Below are positions 1 through 15,476 of a DNA stretch of 64,000 bases, piece by piece. The translations under genes were made by a program, and so were the position numbers. The DNA lies in assembly GCA_964016885.1 (NCBI GenBank), contig OZ024744.1:71672001-71736000 (forward strand), given 5' to 3'. Below the pieces are notes generated by a model. It made no database searches and was not told where the DNA came from. It was given only the letters and a program-made list of their open reading frames with translations. Position 1 is the stretch's first letter. Each line of letters begins with the position of its first letter. Source of the DNA: Eledone cirrhosa (lineage: Eukaryota).

Positions 1-325
1 TGGATCATGGACTTACGCATTACGGTGAACTAGACACACCGAGGAACCTACTAACAGTTAGGTAGACTGCTATGTTGGCATTTAAGTTCATGGATACAGT
101 ACACATAAGTACCAAAACTTGGTAACTACTTACGACAGCGTTAACTGGCTCTTAAGTATATTATGAATGTGGATGCAAGCATGCCAGGGGGGTTAGAAGA
201 TTTGCAAACATAAGGTAAGTGGTTTGATGCCTTGCCTATTATTTTGATCTGCTGTCTTTACCATAGCTTTCAGTAGACTGAAGCTTTGTGAGTGAAATTA
301 TATAGACAGAAACTCTATCACGAAG

Positions 326-700
326 ACAAGCAACTGAAATGGGATTCCTCCGAATGGTCTTTAGAATAACGTTACTGGATAAAGTGCGTAACTCGGAGAT
401 CAGAGAGTCACTCCAGGTAGGGCCGATACTTCTCCGAATTGAGTGATCACAGCTCCGATACTATGGCTAAGTGGTTAGAATGTCTCAGGAAAGAATCACT
501 GGACAGATGTTACGGGCAAACCCAACCGCCAGAAGACCCCGAGCGAGATGGTTGGATAACATCCATGAGCTTCGCTTGGGGATCCAGCCGGATCAGTTGA
601 AGACGGTTGCTTCAGACAGGACCCTCTGGGAGGAGTGTTTGGGGACTTTGCCCCACGACCTTCTCAGGAAGAAGAAGAAGAAGAAGAAGAAGAAGAAGAA
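326..700 (+). mobile_element. 5'-truncated RTE-clade LINE 3' end with (GAA)n tail
   Basis: Translates as QATEMGFLRMVFRITLLDKVRNSEIRESL...SQLRYYG*VVRM...RRPRARWLD, a typical RTE RT C-terminus with stops. Followed by (GAA)n at about 668-700. Confidence 0.8.
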
Positions 701-1452
701 ACTGTATGTAAGATAGTTAGATGGATTATATACTTGTAATTCAAAGGTCCAGCCACGCCAAAGATTTTGATACACTGAATCGACATGGTAATTATGCTAA
801 AGATACACTTATCTATGAAGAATAGAATTCGATCTATTAAGGATTCTAATGCCGTGCACATCCACTCTGACAAAACTGGCATTCTATATCAAGTGGAGCG
901 CAGTACTTACCATCAACTGCTACATAATGCTGTAACTAAGGATTACCGGAAAACCAATCGGAGCGTCATTAATGACATCAATGATGCTGGTTTTAAAATC
1001 ACTTCTGAACTCAACATCCTGGACCGAACTGAACTTCTGGACCCTATTTCTACCCACTTTACTCACAATTTCTACCCACTTTACAAACCAAATTTCGCCA
1101 ACAACCCCTCTATTCGGCTAATTAACCCTACGAAGTCTGATTTAGGTAGACTTGGTAAAACGATTTTAGATAGAATTATACCTGAAATTAGAAGCCTGGT
1201 CCCTCTTGTACTGTGGAATAATTCTTTCGAGGTGATTGATTTGTTCAATGGCATATGCAACAAGGAACATTGCCGTTTTATCCAATCCGACATCAATAAC
1301 TGCTACTCTTTCATCACTTTACCACTTCTTCTTAGAGCTATCAATTTCGCTGAAACGCTCACGGTGGTTAAGGATTTCGAAGTTGATGTCATCCTCAATG
1401 TCCGTAAGTCGGTGATTAATTTCGACGACTTTATTTGGATAAAAAATATAAT

Positions 1453-1637
1453 TGTTTCTACTTTAGGCACAAGGCCAGCAATTATCCAGTGCATTACTGG
1501 TACTTTATTTTATCGACCCCGTAAGGATGAAAGGCAAAGTCAACCTCGGCGGGATTTGAACTCAGATCGTAAAGGGACGTAACTATGCTGGAAAGCATGG
1601 CGTCCGACCCTCTACCGATACTGCCAATCCACCGCCC
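1453..1637 (-). mobile_element. Full-length tRNA-derived SINE with 19-bp TSD
   Basis: Minus strand has A-box TGGCAGTATCGG, B-box GTTCAAATCC and central GCCTTTCATCCTTACGGGGTCGATAAAATAAAGTACCAG (Meta/MESC-like domain, from recall). TSD TTTGGATAAAAAATATAAT at 1434-1452 and 1638-1656. Confidence 0.92.
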
Positions 1638-3516
1638 TTTGGATAAAAAATATAATAGTACCCCATTCGACGTGAGTATGGGCACCAGCGATTCGGCGGA
1701 GGTTACAGATCTTATCGTCCTTTTCCTTCTTTTCTCTATCAAGGAAGAATTCCCCAATGTAGGCGGTGGTTTGTACCGGGATGATGGTCTTTTGACCATG
1801 ACAAAGTGCGGTCCACGCGCTTGACAGGTTTAGAAAAGAACTCACAGCCTTCTTTAAAGGCTTCAACCTCTCCATACAGGTTGAAGCAAACCTCTAGGTC
1901 GATAATTACCTCGACGTTACCCTCAATTTGTCGAATGGCTTGCACTACCCGTATAGAAAACCGAATGATACGCTTAATTACATAAGTAAGAATTGTAGCC
2001 ATCCTGCCAACATAACCAAGAACCTGGTAAGAAACATTTCTTTGGGGCTTTTCCGTCTATCTACAAACGAGCATATTTTCACCGACCATTCCACATATTA
2101 CAATGAAGCTCTTGCTCGGAGTGGATTTGTCGATAAGGTAGCTTTTACAGAGTACGAGAATAGACCCAGAAGAAATAGATCCCGACGCATTATATGGTAT
2201 AACCCACCATATAATATGGAGGTGGCCACACCATTAGCTAAGATCTTTCTCTCCCTTATTTAGAAGCACATAAATATAATAACATTTTTAATAGAAATAC
2301 CATTAAAATATCTTACTCTACGACTCCTAACCTTGCACATAACATCACTGCTTCAAATTTAGCTAAATTACCTAGCCGTAGGAAAATGTGCACCCCTGTA
2401 GCTAGTACTAACTGTAATTGTAGGAATCGGGTTGACTGCCTTCTATCCGGGAAATGCCTCTACAGTAACATTGTCTACACATGTAAGGTCGAAACACCTA
2501 CGTCTAGTAGGGCCTACATAGGGTTAACTGCCAATAGATTCAAGTAGCGTCTTTACATGCATACCCATTCTTTTCGTTACTCTTTAAGAAGGAATATGAC
2601 GTCACTTTCAGCTTATATCTGGAGTATAAAAGACAACCACAACCAATATAGTTTACATTGGGAGATCCTAGCTGAAGCTAGATCGTATAACGGAAATAAA
2701 AGACCATGCGATCTTTGCGCCGCCGAAGCCCTGGAAATACTCTACGCCAATGATCACATCTTAAACAAAAACTCTGAGTTAATTTCGGCTTGTAAACAAA
2801 AATTGATAAAACTTTCCTGTATTACAGCCCCACATTATACCCTAACGGATAGTACGAACAATACGCGGATAATTTACGTCTTGGTGTGGTAGCTAGTATA
2901 TTTTAGTATGTTTTATGTTTATACCATTACTTATTTGTATAGATAAGTATACCTTACCCGTAAGTTTTGTGAAGGTACGTATACATTCTCGTACGTATAT
3001 ATATGTTTGTATTTGTTATAGGTGTATATATCATATTATATATACTGGAATATGTGTATATAGTTATGTGTATATGTGTATTTTGTGTTTATGTGTGTAT
3101 GCGTGTATGCGTGTTTGCACGTATGTAAGGTGTGTATATGTGTACACTGTGTTTTGGTTGACGTACGTTTGGTGAACATATGCGTATTTACCTGTAGGTA
3201 TGTGTGTGCGTACGTTATATAGGTATTTATGTGTGTATATTTATATACGTTTATATAATTATATGTACACCCATACACATATATATTTTTTTTATGTGTA
3301 TTTGGTGTATACGTTCGTATGTGCGCAGATTTATGTATGTGTGCGCGTGTTTATGTGTACATGCATGTATATGCATGGCGGGTGTTTTCGCGTATGCACG
3401 TGTATGTTCGTATATAGATGCGTGTATGTATATATTTAATTATTATTACTTTTATGATTTTAATAACCTCTGTCATTTTCGTTCTACTAATTTATTTACA
3501 TTATTCTTAACACTGA

Positions 3517-3611
3517 CGGTTAACTTTGCCTTTCATCCTTACGGGGTCGATAAAATAAAGTACCAGTAATGCACTGGATAATTTTCTGGCCTTGTGCCAA
3601 TAGTAGAAACA
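3517..3611 (+). mobile_element. 5'-truncated SINE with 17-bp TSD
   Basis: Same family as 1453-1637. TSD ATTATTCTTAAC(A/T)CTGA at 3500-3516 and 3612-3628. Confidence 0.85.
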
Positions 3612-3870
3612 ATTATTCTTAACTCTGAAGCCGAGAATCATTCGGTTTCCTAATTAGAATATTAGTCTACGACTTCATCTATACCATAAACGTGGTTTTG
3701 TCTTTGCGTGTAATTGTTCTCACCGCTCCACATTACGACGTATTATCTTCGCTTTTTTTCCGTTCATTGCCAGGGAACGTCTTCACGAACTAAAGTATCA
3801 TCTTCCTGTTTTCCTTCGGCTGCAACGTTTTTCGAAATATTTACTTCTGCGTCCACAAATTGATTTTTTT

Positions 3871-3921
3871 AGTTTCAGAAGATCCCATTAACGGTGAAAG
3901 CAGCGATTCTTTGCTTAAACT
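3871..3921 (+). ncRNA. Type I hammerhead ribozyme, family A (core CAGAAGA, U4A)
   Basis: AGTTT-CAGAAGA-t-CCC attaa CGG-t-GAAA-GCA...TGC-TT-AAACT. Stem I is AGTTT/AAACT and stem III is AGCA/TGCT. Homologous copies at 38977-39027(-) and 41343-41393(+). Confidence 0.7.
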
Positions 3922-3935
3922 TTAATCTGTTATTT

Positions 3936-4009
<74 letters not shown>

Positions 4010-4324
4010 GTATATATATAAAACGGAAGATGTCTGTCTGGTGTGTGTATGATTTTTATGCATTTCCACATTTCTCTACCGATTTTGATGATTTTTTTAC
4101 AATGTGCTCCAAATTTACCAACGATGGTCAACGCGTAATAAACTTTGCAAAAAATCTCCTGCTTCTATGAAAAAAATCGATAAAACTAAATACATGCTGT
4201 AACCCTCTCTCTTACACGCTTATTCACTCTCTCTACTACCCAACAGCGACAAAACTTCGTTCAGGGACGCGACATCAACTTTGAAAACTAAACAACACAT
4301 CATTTTATGCAACAAACATAGTCA

Positions 4325-4650
4325 TAACGCTCTCTCCGTCGCTTTTCCCTCTCTCTACAATAGATCATTCCTCCTCTCTATAATTTAACTACTTTACTCT
4401 CTTCAAGCTTTGATGTTTAACACACCTCCCTATAGTTTCTTATCTTTACTCTCTCCGTCGCTCTTCCCTCTCTCTATAATAGATTATTCCCCTCTCTATA
4501 ATTTAACTGCTTTACTCTCTCTGTCTCTCTTCACTCTCTATATGACAGCACAGTTTTACACACCTCCCTATAGTTTCTTAGCTTTACTCTTTCAATCGCT
4601 CTTCCCTCTCTCTATAATAGATTATTCCCCCTCTCTATAATTTAACTGCT
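4325..4650. repeat. Internal imperfect tandem repeat of the Helitron (about 3 units)
   Basis: Recurring CTCTCTCTATAATAGATTATTCCCCTCTCTATAATTTAACTGC and ACACCTCCCTATAGTTTCTTA. Confidence 0.8.
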
Positions 4651-4883
4651 GGGGGAATCATTGGAGTTCCGTATTGACATACGGCTTTTCTGGGGTATTT
4701 TAAATTGGCTTAATGCAAATAACAACCCGCAAAATAACACTTCATATAACAGATTAATGCTATAGACAAATGAATCGGAATGTTTAAATTATTTATTTTT
4801 TACGACTTTCATTGGTTAAATATTAATATGACAACACCCATAGTGTTGTACTTCTGGCAATTCTGCCGAATACACTGCCAAGG

Positions 4884-5141
4884 ATGAACCTTTTCCCCTC
4901 GGCGTCAGATATCCCGTTCGATTTCCGGCGATCCCAATTCCCGTTGAGACCATGTTTTGCCATGTCCATTAACAAGTTACAAGGGCAAACATTGTCGGTG
5001 GTGGGGATCCATTTGGGGGAGCCATACTTCTCCCATGGCCAACTTTATGTTGCCTGTTCCCGTGTAAGGAGCAGGAATGGACTTTTTTCTTACACTCCTC
5101 AAGGGATGATACGCTATAGCGTCTACAAAGAGGTGCTATAG
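4884..5141 (+). pseudogene. Helitron Pif1-like helicase C-terminal fragment
   Basis: RRSQFPLRPCFAMSINKLQGQTLSVVGIHL...FSHGQLYVACSRV matches Pif1 motifs V and VI. Confidence 0.9.
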
Positions 5142-5504
5142 ATGTTGGTGCAGATGTTGGAGGTGTTGGAGCTATGCCGTCTGGAAAACTATTTCCTGGT
5201 AGGGTCACCTATGGCGGACAGATCTGACACCCAGCGGCATCAGGGCCACCATCTTGCAACTTTGGTCTGCTAAATTCGCTATTGGAAGATTATTAAACCA
5301 TCACTGATTGTCCAAAATGGTAATTGGTTCGTAACGTTTAATAACCGGTTCAACTGCTTTATCCACTTAATTGATAAGCTTATTCGCTTTCAAGCCACCT
5401 TTACCTGTATGTAACTTTTCATAGCAAATGAACAAACCCGAGCAACACCGGGCTAAACTGCTAGTATATATATAAATTTATATATATATTAATTATTTAC
5501 TCTA

Positions 5505-5579
5505 GGGTTCTTATATATTTGATATATATTTATCCTTATCGAGCCCTCTTTGGATTTTAGTCTTCAAATTTATTATTAT

Positions 5580-5583
<4 letters not shown>
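5505..5583 (+). mobile_element. 3'-terminal stub (about 80 bp) of PLE family A in (TA)n
   Basis: Near-identical to 14387-14463(+), 41582-41660(+) and 38870-38944(-). In the last two it is contiguous with the family A pLTR. Confidence 0.75.
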
Positions 5584-5635
<52 letters not shown>

Positions 5636-5636
<1 letters not shown>

Positions 5637-5830
5637 TATAAGGAAAAGAAATTGAAAATGCAACTGGAGTCTTGTAGGAATATTCACTTATTTACTTTAC
5701 CGGTTTAACAGTTCTTATGATTTTCAAAAGTAAAATTGAGATGGGAGGGTTTGTGTTTCTACTGTGGTTTGGCTCGTATCTGGTTTGTATTCAAAAGTTC
5801 TTCCTGTTTTATACGGAAAAAGTGGCTCAA
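5636..5830 (-). mobile_element. pLTR stub of family D with decayed HHR (5691-5734)
   Basis: Homologous to 15540-15735. Minus strand reads TTTACTT-TTGAAAA...AAACCGGTA-AAGTAAA. Confidence 0.7.
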
Positions 5831-6228
5831 GTTACTGGGGGGGGGGGGGGGGGGTTATATATATATATACATTTTCTTTCATTCTCCCTTCTTACCTTTT
5901 CTACACCTCAGTGTCATTCTCCTTTGTCTTCATATTGGACTGCAGTCCTTATTATTCTTTTCTGTTTTACTATTCCTCTCTTTTCTATACTTTTTCTTCT
6001 TTCTCAAAGCCCTTGCGCAAGGGCCTCTCCCTTCTTTGTCGGTTGTCGGTACTTGTTTTGTTATATTCCAATGTGCATTGCAATGAACGTTATGAACCTT
6101 AATACACCGAAACCGCAGTGACCTTCAGAACTTGACTGAGGATATGGGACTGTCGGTCTTCCCGTTGTTTTTTTCCATTGTCTTTGTCCTGTGTGCCCTC
6201 TATTTTGTATATATATATATATATATAT

Positions 6229-6345
6229 AATTGTTTCTACGTTAGGCACAAGGCCAGCAATAACGCAGTGTATTACTGGTACTTTATTTTATCGACCCCG
6301 TAAGGATGAAAGGCAAAGTTAACCTCGGCGGGATTTGAACTCAGT
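6229..6345 (-). mobile_element. 5'-truncated SINE
   Basis: Matches the 3' and central part of the SINE at 1453-1637. Confidence 0.85.
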
Positions 6346-6418
6346 GACACTCGATCATTATAAGTAATAGTTGAAAAAAATAGGGTAAACTACTCTGGTA
6401 ACAGAAAAAGTAGACATG

Positions 6419-6477
<59 letters not shown>

Positions 6478-6909
6478 TCATACTTACATAATACACACAC
6501 ACACATATATATATGTATATGTATATATATAAAATATAATATGATGTAATGTAATATAATATAAAATATGTATGTATGTATATATGTATTTATGTGTATA
6601 GACACGAAAGAACGAGAATATATAAATAAATAATATAATATAAAATTTAGAAGTTGTTAGAATAAATCAGGTTAATACTTTCTAAGTAGAATTTGATAAT
6701 ATGTCTGTTGCTACACTGGACGATATAAATGTATAAATAAAATTAGAAAATTCGGAAGAAGTAAAAAGGCCAGAGTAAGTTACACTTCTAGAATTATCAA
6801 ATTTGTTAAACTCTTAAATATCATCACAGATTTCCACACCCATGCTTTGCAACATGAGCTAAAGTGAATAAGATTTTATCAACTGTACTTATTTAGTTTC
6901 AGAAATTAT

Positions 6910-7915
6910 ATAATAATAATAATAATAATGATTTCATTTATTAGCCACCAGGGCCGACATGTAGGGTACACTACAAAGAAACAGACAGTGGGGTTTACAA
7001 GAAGGTCGAGTAAAAGTGCACAATGGCAAGACTAATTTAACAATGAAGATATAAAAATATAAAATAAACTATGAATAAATATAACAAAATAAATTCCCTT
7101 ATAGGGGGTGGACGACTCAGGGGTGACTCAGGTACTCCACCAATCCTGAACCACCCTGCGCTTCTAGGGCACCCAGGGAGAGCACCCCTCTCTTCAAGTT
7201 AGCTAGCCTATAGGCGCATGGTCAGAGTAGGCCCATTCACACGTGCCATTCTCGCCACATTCATCCACCTTTTAGCAAATGTACTGGGGGGCAGCACTTC
7301 TCTCTCCACCCTGATCTACCTTTCCAGGTGAAATTTGAAGAAGTTGATGAGGGATTGGCCGAAGAGAAAAGTGTCTGTCTTCAGTCCTGTCAATCTGGTC
7401 CACCATATAATCTCTTTTGCAACTGCCACCAGACAGAGGAAAATTGCCTGCTCTTCCCGACCAAAGGAAGTCGGCGGGTCGATCTTCTGTATGGAATCGG
7501 TCGATAGCCAGATCCGTTCTACACGTGACAGTAGCTGTTCGACATAACTCCACAAGTCGGTAATGCACGGACATTGGACAAGTGCTTGCAGAACGGTTTC
7601 GTCGCTCTGTGCGCACCTCGGGTAAGTCCGTCTGACAGCACTTCCGTGCTTGTAGAGTTTATCCCGAACCGGCAGTGCCCCCCGGTAGCACTGCCAAGCG
7701 AAAGATTTCTGGAAATTGCCCATCGTCCTCGGCTCGAAAGTCCTCCGGAACAGACTGGTCATTTCGACTTCGTCGAGGCCCAAAGCTTCTCCGAGTGCGG
7801 CATCGCACTTTCCCACCACTAATCCTCTATAGAACTCGAGAGTGGAAGTTCCACTGATCGCATTGCCCGCTTGGTAGAGGGCAGTGAGTGCCTGGCAACA
7901 TTCCAGATGCCAAGT
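6910..7915 (-). mobile_element. Tx1/L1-clade LINE 3' fragment (zf-RVT region and 3' UTR)
   Basis: FAWQCYRGALPVRDKL...CAQSDETVLQALVQC zinc-knuckle motif. Homologous to 19085-20040, 31608-32800 and 57830-58512. (ATT)n tail. Confidence 0.85.
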
Positions 7916-7984
7916 CTATGGTGCTCTCTTCAAGAAGTTCTTTGATTTTCCTATATAAATAAAATTATCGCTCTACATGGCTGA

Positions 7985-8330
7985 ATACAATAAATGTAAT
8001 CTGAGTTTTTCGAATATTAATAATAATATTCGATTCGTTTGCAATTATGCAAACAGACCCTCATTTAAAGCCATGTCTGCAGAATTAGCCCCCCCCCCCC
8101 ACATTCTTGCTCTTCTGTTGGCATGTAAACTGAACTGCAGACACTATTGTTTCTCTGGGTATTACCCTTCATCAGTGCAGTTCACATTTCACCTGTCATT
8201 AGTCAGAGCTTGTGAAAATATATGATATTTACTAAAATATATAGTGACTAATCGGCCTGATTTGCATATTAGCAGACTGACCGATCAGTCAGATCGGAAA
8301 CTAGGTGAGAGAAAAAAATTAAGCAGAAGG
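7985..8330 (-). mobile_element. PLE pLTR, family P
   Basis: The terminal about 100 bp match 42892-42990 and 44015-44120. The 42892 copy continues into a GIY-YIG remnant. Contains an HHR. Confidence 0.65.
8131..8184 (-). ncRNA. Type I hammerhead ribozyme, family P
   Basis: Minus strand TGAACTGCA-CTGATGA-a-GGGT aat ACCC-aga-GAAA-CA atag TG-TC-TGCAGTTCA. Perfect 9-bp stem I and a GUC cleavage triplet. Confidence 0.8.
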
Positions 8331-8596
8331 GTAAAAGAAAAAAAAATGGCTACTCCTCGTGTCTCCGCTTTTATCGGTATCTCTCTGCGAATATTTTTCT
8401 TTTTTCCCTTCTGTTTAATTATTTTTCTCTCTTCTTTTTTCCTTCCCCAATAACTTTCATAAGTTATTGACGCACTGGAGTGAGACATATTGTCTTTAAT
8501 GCGTTGAAATGTGCATGACCTCCAGCAGACACTTGTTTGTGCTTTCTTTTTATTTCTAAATACACTTTATCAAGTAACCACACAGCCCCTTGTTTC

Positions 8597-8631
<35 letters not shown>

Positions 8632-8879
8632 CATACATTCATTGAAATTGGTTGTTCACCATTGGATAAAACTGGTCATTCTGTATACTTAATCATGATG
8701 AAGTAACGCAACTCATTCATCTTTGATGCAAGTTTCTTTTGGTGATGGGGAACAGAGTTAATTATTATTGAATAAAATGACAAGAGGCCGGTTTAATTTT
8801 AATTTTGCAGGCACTATATATATTTTATCGCCAGTAGAATCCCAGTGACATCACCAGGTGTATTGCATAACAGTTATAA

Positions 8880-9754
8880 AGGAATTATAGTAAACACAAA
8901 CTGAAAGGGTACACGGCGACAAACAACAAGTACCTCCATAAAAACACTTATTAGCAATACATACCCCTTTCAAAGACCTCCCTGTATAGATAAGAAATGT
9001 ATAATCTGTAAACTAAGCCCCCATATTAACTGTAAAACTAGAAATGCAGTATATAGCATAAGATGTACCGAAGGACAATGTAGAGATAAGAATATAGTGT
9101 ACAAAGGTGAGAAAGCTCGTAGTATAGGAGAACGGATAAATGAACACTGGCGAAACCTTCAAGATAGAAAAGAATCATCTGTACTCCACCAGCATGCTAA
9201 AATAGAACATAAGAGTAAATTAGAGAACATAGAAATAAAAATAGAATCTACACACAGAAAAGACGCAATGTTTAGACAAATCACAGAGGCAATAAACATA
9301 AATGAACTCCAACCAAAATTAAATAGAAAACATGAATGGAATAGCAACATCACAACTTACAATTAAGGACAAAATGAAAACACACACACACATAGAACAA
9401 ACAACCAATAAGTAACATGTAAATAAACAAATAAATAAACAAATATAAACACACAGGCACCCGGATGTAACACATGCGCAAACTAAGCACACAACACACA
9501 CACAAACAAGATGGCGTAGGACAGAACAAAGGAGAGGCACAAAAACAAAGAAAAGAATCCCCAGTCACTGAAGAGGTCACAGAATGTGTGACGAAAGAAC
9601 TTTGACAATATATGAACAACCGTCCGGTTGTGGAACCAACCAACCAACCGGATATTTATAAATTCTTAAATTTATAAATTTAATTTATAATAAATTGGAG
9701 TGAAAGCAACTGGTGCGTGTGTTTCTTATTGGCAACATGACCCTCCCAAAGTAT

Positions 9755-9760
<6 letters not shown>
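8880..9760 (+). mobile_element. PLE family B 3' part (zinc finger, GIY-YIG, pLTR)
   Basis: YKGEKARSIGERINEH...EAININELQPKLNRKHE. Homologous to 35660-37527. Confidence 0.88.
9564..9606 (+). ncRNA. Type I minimal hammerhead ribozyme, family B
   Basis: GTCA-CTGAAGA-g-GTCACA gaatg TGTGAC-GAAA-GAAC-TT-TGAC. Copies at 35812-35854(-), 37270-37312(+) and 38623-38665(-). Confidence 0.85.
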
Positions 9761-9813
<53 letters not shown>

Positions 9814-9831
9814 TATATATATATATATATA

Positions 9832-10673
9832 GGACAGACAACAAAAACAGCCTCCGACAACGTATGACCGTCCATAGATCACAAATGAAATACAGAAAGA
9901 TTACTTTTAGTGAACATATCGCCAATTGTGCACCTGACCAACAACCAAATTTTAAAATTTTCCCCATTTACAAATTCATAGACAACGCTACTTTCATCCC
10001 TCGTACCAATAAGGTAACGTACTTCATTAACAAATTCTAACCTCTACTTAATGGACTAAACTTCGGACTAAACTAAAACTGGAACGAATGTTACCTCCCT
10101 AACACCCTACCTAATCCTTTTCCTTATATAAATGAATTACCCCCGTCCCATCTCTCTCTCCTACCAGACCACACTGAATTACCCCCCCCCTGCATATTAA
10201 CTCTTTAAAAAGGGAAAACATATCCAACCCCAGACTACCATTTGCCTCCATCATGGATCAACCAAGCGCTCTTGCCATAATAACACTTTTTGAACTGCTT
10301 ATCCTCAAGAACTATGTCTGTAAATAATATTATTCTTTCTTTCCCATTACCTTATCATGGTCTACATCACCCCCTTTTTTTTCTTTTTTCTTAACATATT
10401 CAACATCACCTTATCTTCTCTCCTACATTTTATACCAATACAAATTCACCCCTTTGATAATGCATAAAAGGCTGAAACCGGTAATAGACAATTATTAAAT
10501 AAATAAATAAATAAATAAATGCCATTATTAATTAATAAATAAATTAAGGTATTAACCTTAACACTTCACACAAAGTAAAATATTTTATTTTAAACATTTT
10601 CTAAGCCAGAAAAAAGAGAAAAAAGTAAAGGAAAAAAAAAGTTTTTCTTCCTAATAATCGTCTTTTTCACGCT

Positions 10674-10680
<7 letters not shown>
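9832..10680 (+). mobile_element. Highly decayed PLE 3' region, family L, with HHR remnant (10450-10490)
   Basis: TTGATAA-t-GC ataaaag GC-t-GAAA-CCGG-TA with palindromic ACCGGT stem III. Upstream sequence faintly resembles a GIY-YIG C-terminus. Confidence 0.45.
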
Positions 10681-10730
<50 letters not shown>

Positions 10731-10952
10731 CGTGTGTGTGTGTGTGTATGCCTACGATATGTACATATCGATTTCATTATATTTCCTTACATAATCCACT
10801 TGATACAATTTGAATTGTATTATGAGAATTGGCACATGTATTTCATCTATGTTTACATATGTATTGTATAGTATATGTCTACATAAACACGTACGAAAAG
10901 GCACCCACACTCAGGCGTAGAATTGTTATATTTCTCTCTTTATAATCACGTG

Positions 10953-10996
<44 letters not shown>

Positions 10997-11055
10997 TAAG
11001 CACTTACATATACACAAACACACAGACAAACATGCATATGTATATATATATACAT

Positions 11056-11104
<49 letters not shown>

Positions 11105-11119
11105 TGTGTGTGTGTGTGT

Positions 11120-12738
<1,619 letters not shown>

Positions 12739-13751
12739 TTACGAGGTTTTTGATATGAATCGTGTGTCGAAACAAATATACAATGTGCTTTTTTCTAGAT
12801 TGATATTTATAGACGTAGATAGTATCTAAATACATATATAATTTAAATTCTCATCGTTGAAAACATGTAATATAAAATACCTTATAATCTTACACTACAT
12901 ACATTCCGCATTTTCTAAGTAAATTCTAAAATATAAGACAAATCTAACGTTAATACTTTAACAACTAATATTGGTGTTATCCTTTCTTTATAATGGAACA
13001 AACATAAACATTCTTCGTAACAAAGTATATATACTAAATTCAATGTAATTCCGTTAACTTAATAATTTTCTGTAAATATTTTCAATCTTTGATGAAACTA
13101 TTTGAATGTACAAAATGTTCTCTACTAAAATTTGAACTACGTCTCTTTCTTAACTATATATTTGAAATGTAAACTCAACATCCTTCGTAATATATATCGA
13201 AAATGTAAACAAATTATATGGGTGTTATATATCTATTAAAAATAACAGAATATATAATCACCAATAATATTTATCTTACCTATATAGATATTTATATATT
13301 TATAACCTGGTGTAATATAATAAGATAAAGTGTACTTACAACCATAATTCTTCATATATTCTAATTATAATGATTATATTTATAATATTATAACTCATGC
13401 TTTAGTTACATTTTAAATTTCTTGATTGATATTCTACCACTTCAAAAAACTTTTAATTTTTAACGTTTTAATTTGTAAATTCACGTACACTTTAATATAA
13501 GTTTCTCTTCCTTCTTCCTATTTATATATCCTAATAATTATTTAAATCTGCCTAGCGTCTAAAAATAACGATTTTTTTCAGCCCTACGCTTCAACCTCAT
13601 TTGCATATTAATCAAAATAATTTGAAATATTTATTCTTTTTTCCTCTCTTCCTCTTTTCTTATTTTTTCCTCTTTCCTCTCACTATCCAAACGAACCTGA
13701 ACTGTTAAGGTCTGATTCCTGGGTATGTCACTATTTATAAAACAAATTTTG

Positions 13752-13812
13752 TATTTTATTTGATGAGGGCGTACCAAAGTTTTGGTACCCTTGAAATATA
13801 TATAATAGAATA
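13752..13812 (+). ncRNA. Hammerhead ribozyme, family O (C3U)
   Basis: TATTTTAT-TTGATGA-GGG cg TACCAAA gt TTTGGTA CCC-tt-GAAA-TATATA-TA-ATAGAATA. Decayed homolog with the same 3' flank at 47410-47535(-). Confidence 0.65.
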
Positions 13813-13932
13813 AATATGGTTTTATAAATATAGTTTTCATTTATTAATATCATTCATATTATACTCCAGAAATCTGTCCAGTGATTCGAATCTGTTATAA
13901 AAATATTTTTGTTGAATTACCAACAAATTAAA

Positions 13933-14045
<113 letters not shown>

Positions 14046-14188
14046 TATACATGTTTATACATACATAGATACATGCATACGTACGTCCGCGAAAACACAA
14101 CACACACACATACGTTATGTATGAACGAAAATAAATTAACAAATAAATAAATACATACACACACTCACACATACACACGTACACACGT

Positions 14189-14279
<91 letters not shown>

Positions 14280-14386
14280 CATATATATAACGTAGTTATA
14301 GCTAAAGCATTTGATGGCTTATTTCAGAATATGAAATATCTACATTTTATTTTAGAACTATAATAAACGCTGAGTTTTGCGTTTAC

Positions 14387-14463
14387 GGTTCTTATATATT
14401 TGATATATATTTATCCTTATCGAGCCCTCTTTGGATTTTAGTCTTCAAATTTATTATTATTAC
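14387..14463 (+). mobile_element. 3'-terminal stub of PLE family A
   Basis: Identical to 5505-5583. Confidence 0.75.
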
Positions 14464-14474
14464 TATATATATAA

Positions 14475-14886
14475 ATAAACCGGAAAAATAAAACGAAATT
14501 TCATTTCTCACTCTTAGTACGGCTGTTACTTAAATATAAGTATGCATACGTACATACATGTATGTATACAGACGTACAGTAGTATGTATATATATATATT
14601 TATACATACATGCACACATATATATATGTACGTATGGATTCACCGAACATTTATTATAATGCTCGGTGTGTTTGTAAACAAACATCCCGAATTAAGCCGT
14701 ACAGTGTCTAGCAACTAGTACAGCGTCTAGAAACTAGTACAGCGTTCCTTTGTCAGTGTTGAACAAATGAGCAACGGTGGTTACTAGACACTGTACGGCT
14801 TAATTCGGGATGTTTGTTTACAAACACACCGAGCATTATAATAAATGTTCGGTGTATGCATACGTACATATATATATGTGTGCATG

Positions 14887-14969
<83 letters not shown>

Positions 14970-15443
14970 TACTGTACGTCTGTACACATATATGTATGTA
15001 CGTATACATACTTATATTTAAGTAACAGCCGTACTAAGAGTGAGAAATGAAATTTAGTTTCATTTTTTCTGTCTATCGTTTTCGGTACCCCGGCCGATTA
15101 ACTCACTCGATATGCTAATTAGGCTGCTCAGCCATTAATATGCATAAGGCAAGTATATACTTTCAGACGTTCAACCATCTGGCAGGAAGGTATACGTTGT
15201 TGACGATAGCTAATAAGCTTGAAACTAGTACAGCGTTCCTTTGTCAGTGTTGAACAAATGAGCAACGAAGGTTGCTAGACAGTGTACGGCTTAATTCGGG
15301 ATGTTTGTTTACAAACACACCGAGCATTATAATAAATGTTCGGTGAATCCATACGTACATATATATATGTGTGAATGTATGTATATATATATATACATAC
15401 TACTTGATGTCTGTATACATATATGTATGTACGTATACATACT

Positions 15444-15450
<7 letters not shown>
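14475..15450. mobile_element. Family C fold-back plus tandem insertion (HHR at 15195-15235 +)
   Basis: 14475-14713 is the inverted 3' part. 14714-15450 is in plus orientation with a unit junction near 15075. The turn occurs at a duplicated AACTAGTACAGCG, the HHR stem III and cleavage site. Confidence 0.85.

Positions 15451-15474
<24 letters not shown>

Positions 15475-15476
<2 letters not shown>

Larger units (their letters stand above)
705..3937 (+). mobile_element. Penelope-like element, family A (RT with YRDD, GIY-YIG, pseudo-LTR), decayed
   Basis: ORF pieces 785-1582, 1585-1824 (GGGLYRDDGL), 1928-2263 (WYNPPY) and 2557-2892 (WEIL...CDLCAAE). The 3' region is homologous to 39440-41415. 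Interrupted by two SINEs. Confidence 0.9.
4011..5464 (+). mobile_element. Non-autonomous Helitron in (TA)n
   Basis: 3' hairpin CCCG-agcaacac-CGGG (5437-5452) followed by CTAG (5461-5464) then T. Contains an internal Pif1 helicase fragment. The 5' boundary is uncertain. Confidence 0.8.

Noticed and set aside
1560-1637. tRNA gene
   Set aside because: The A/B boxes belong to SINE heads. There is no complete cloverleaf, and the copy is flanked by TSDs.
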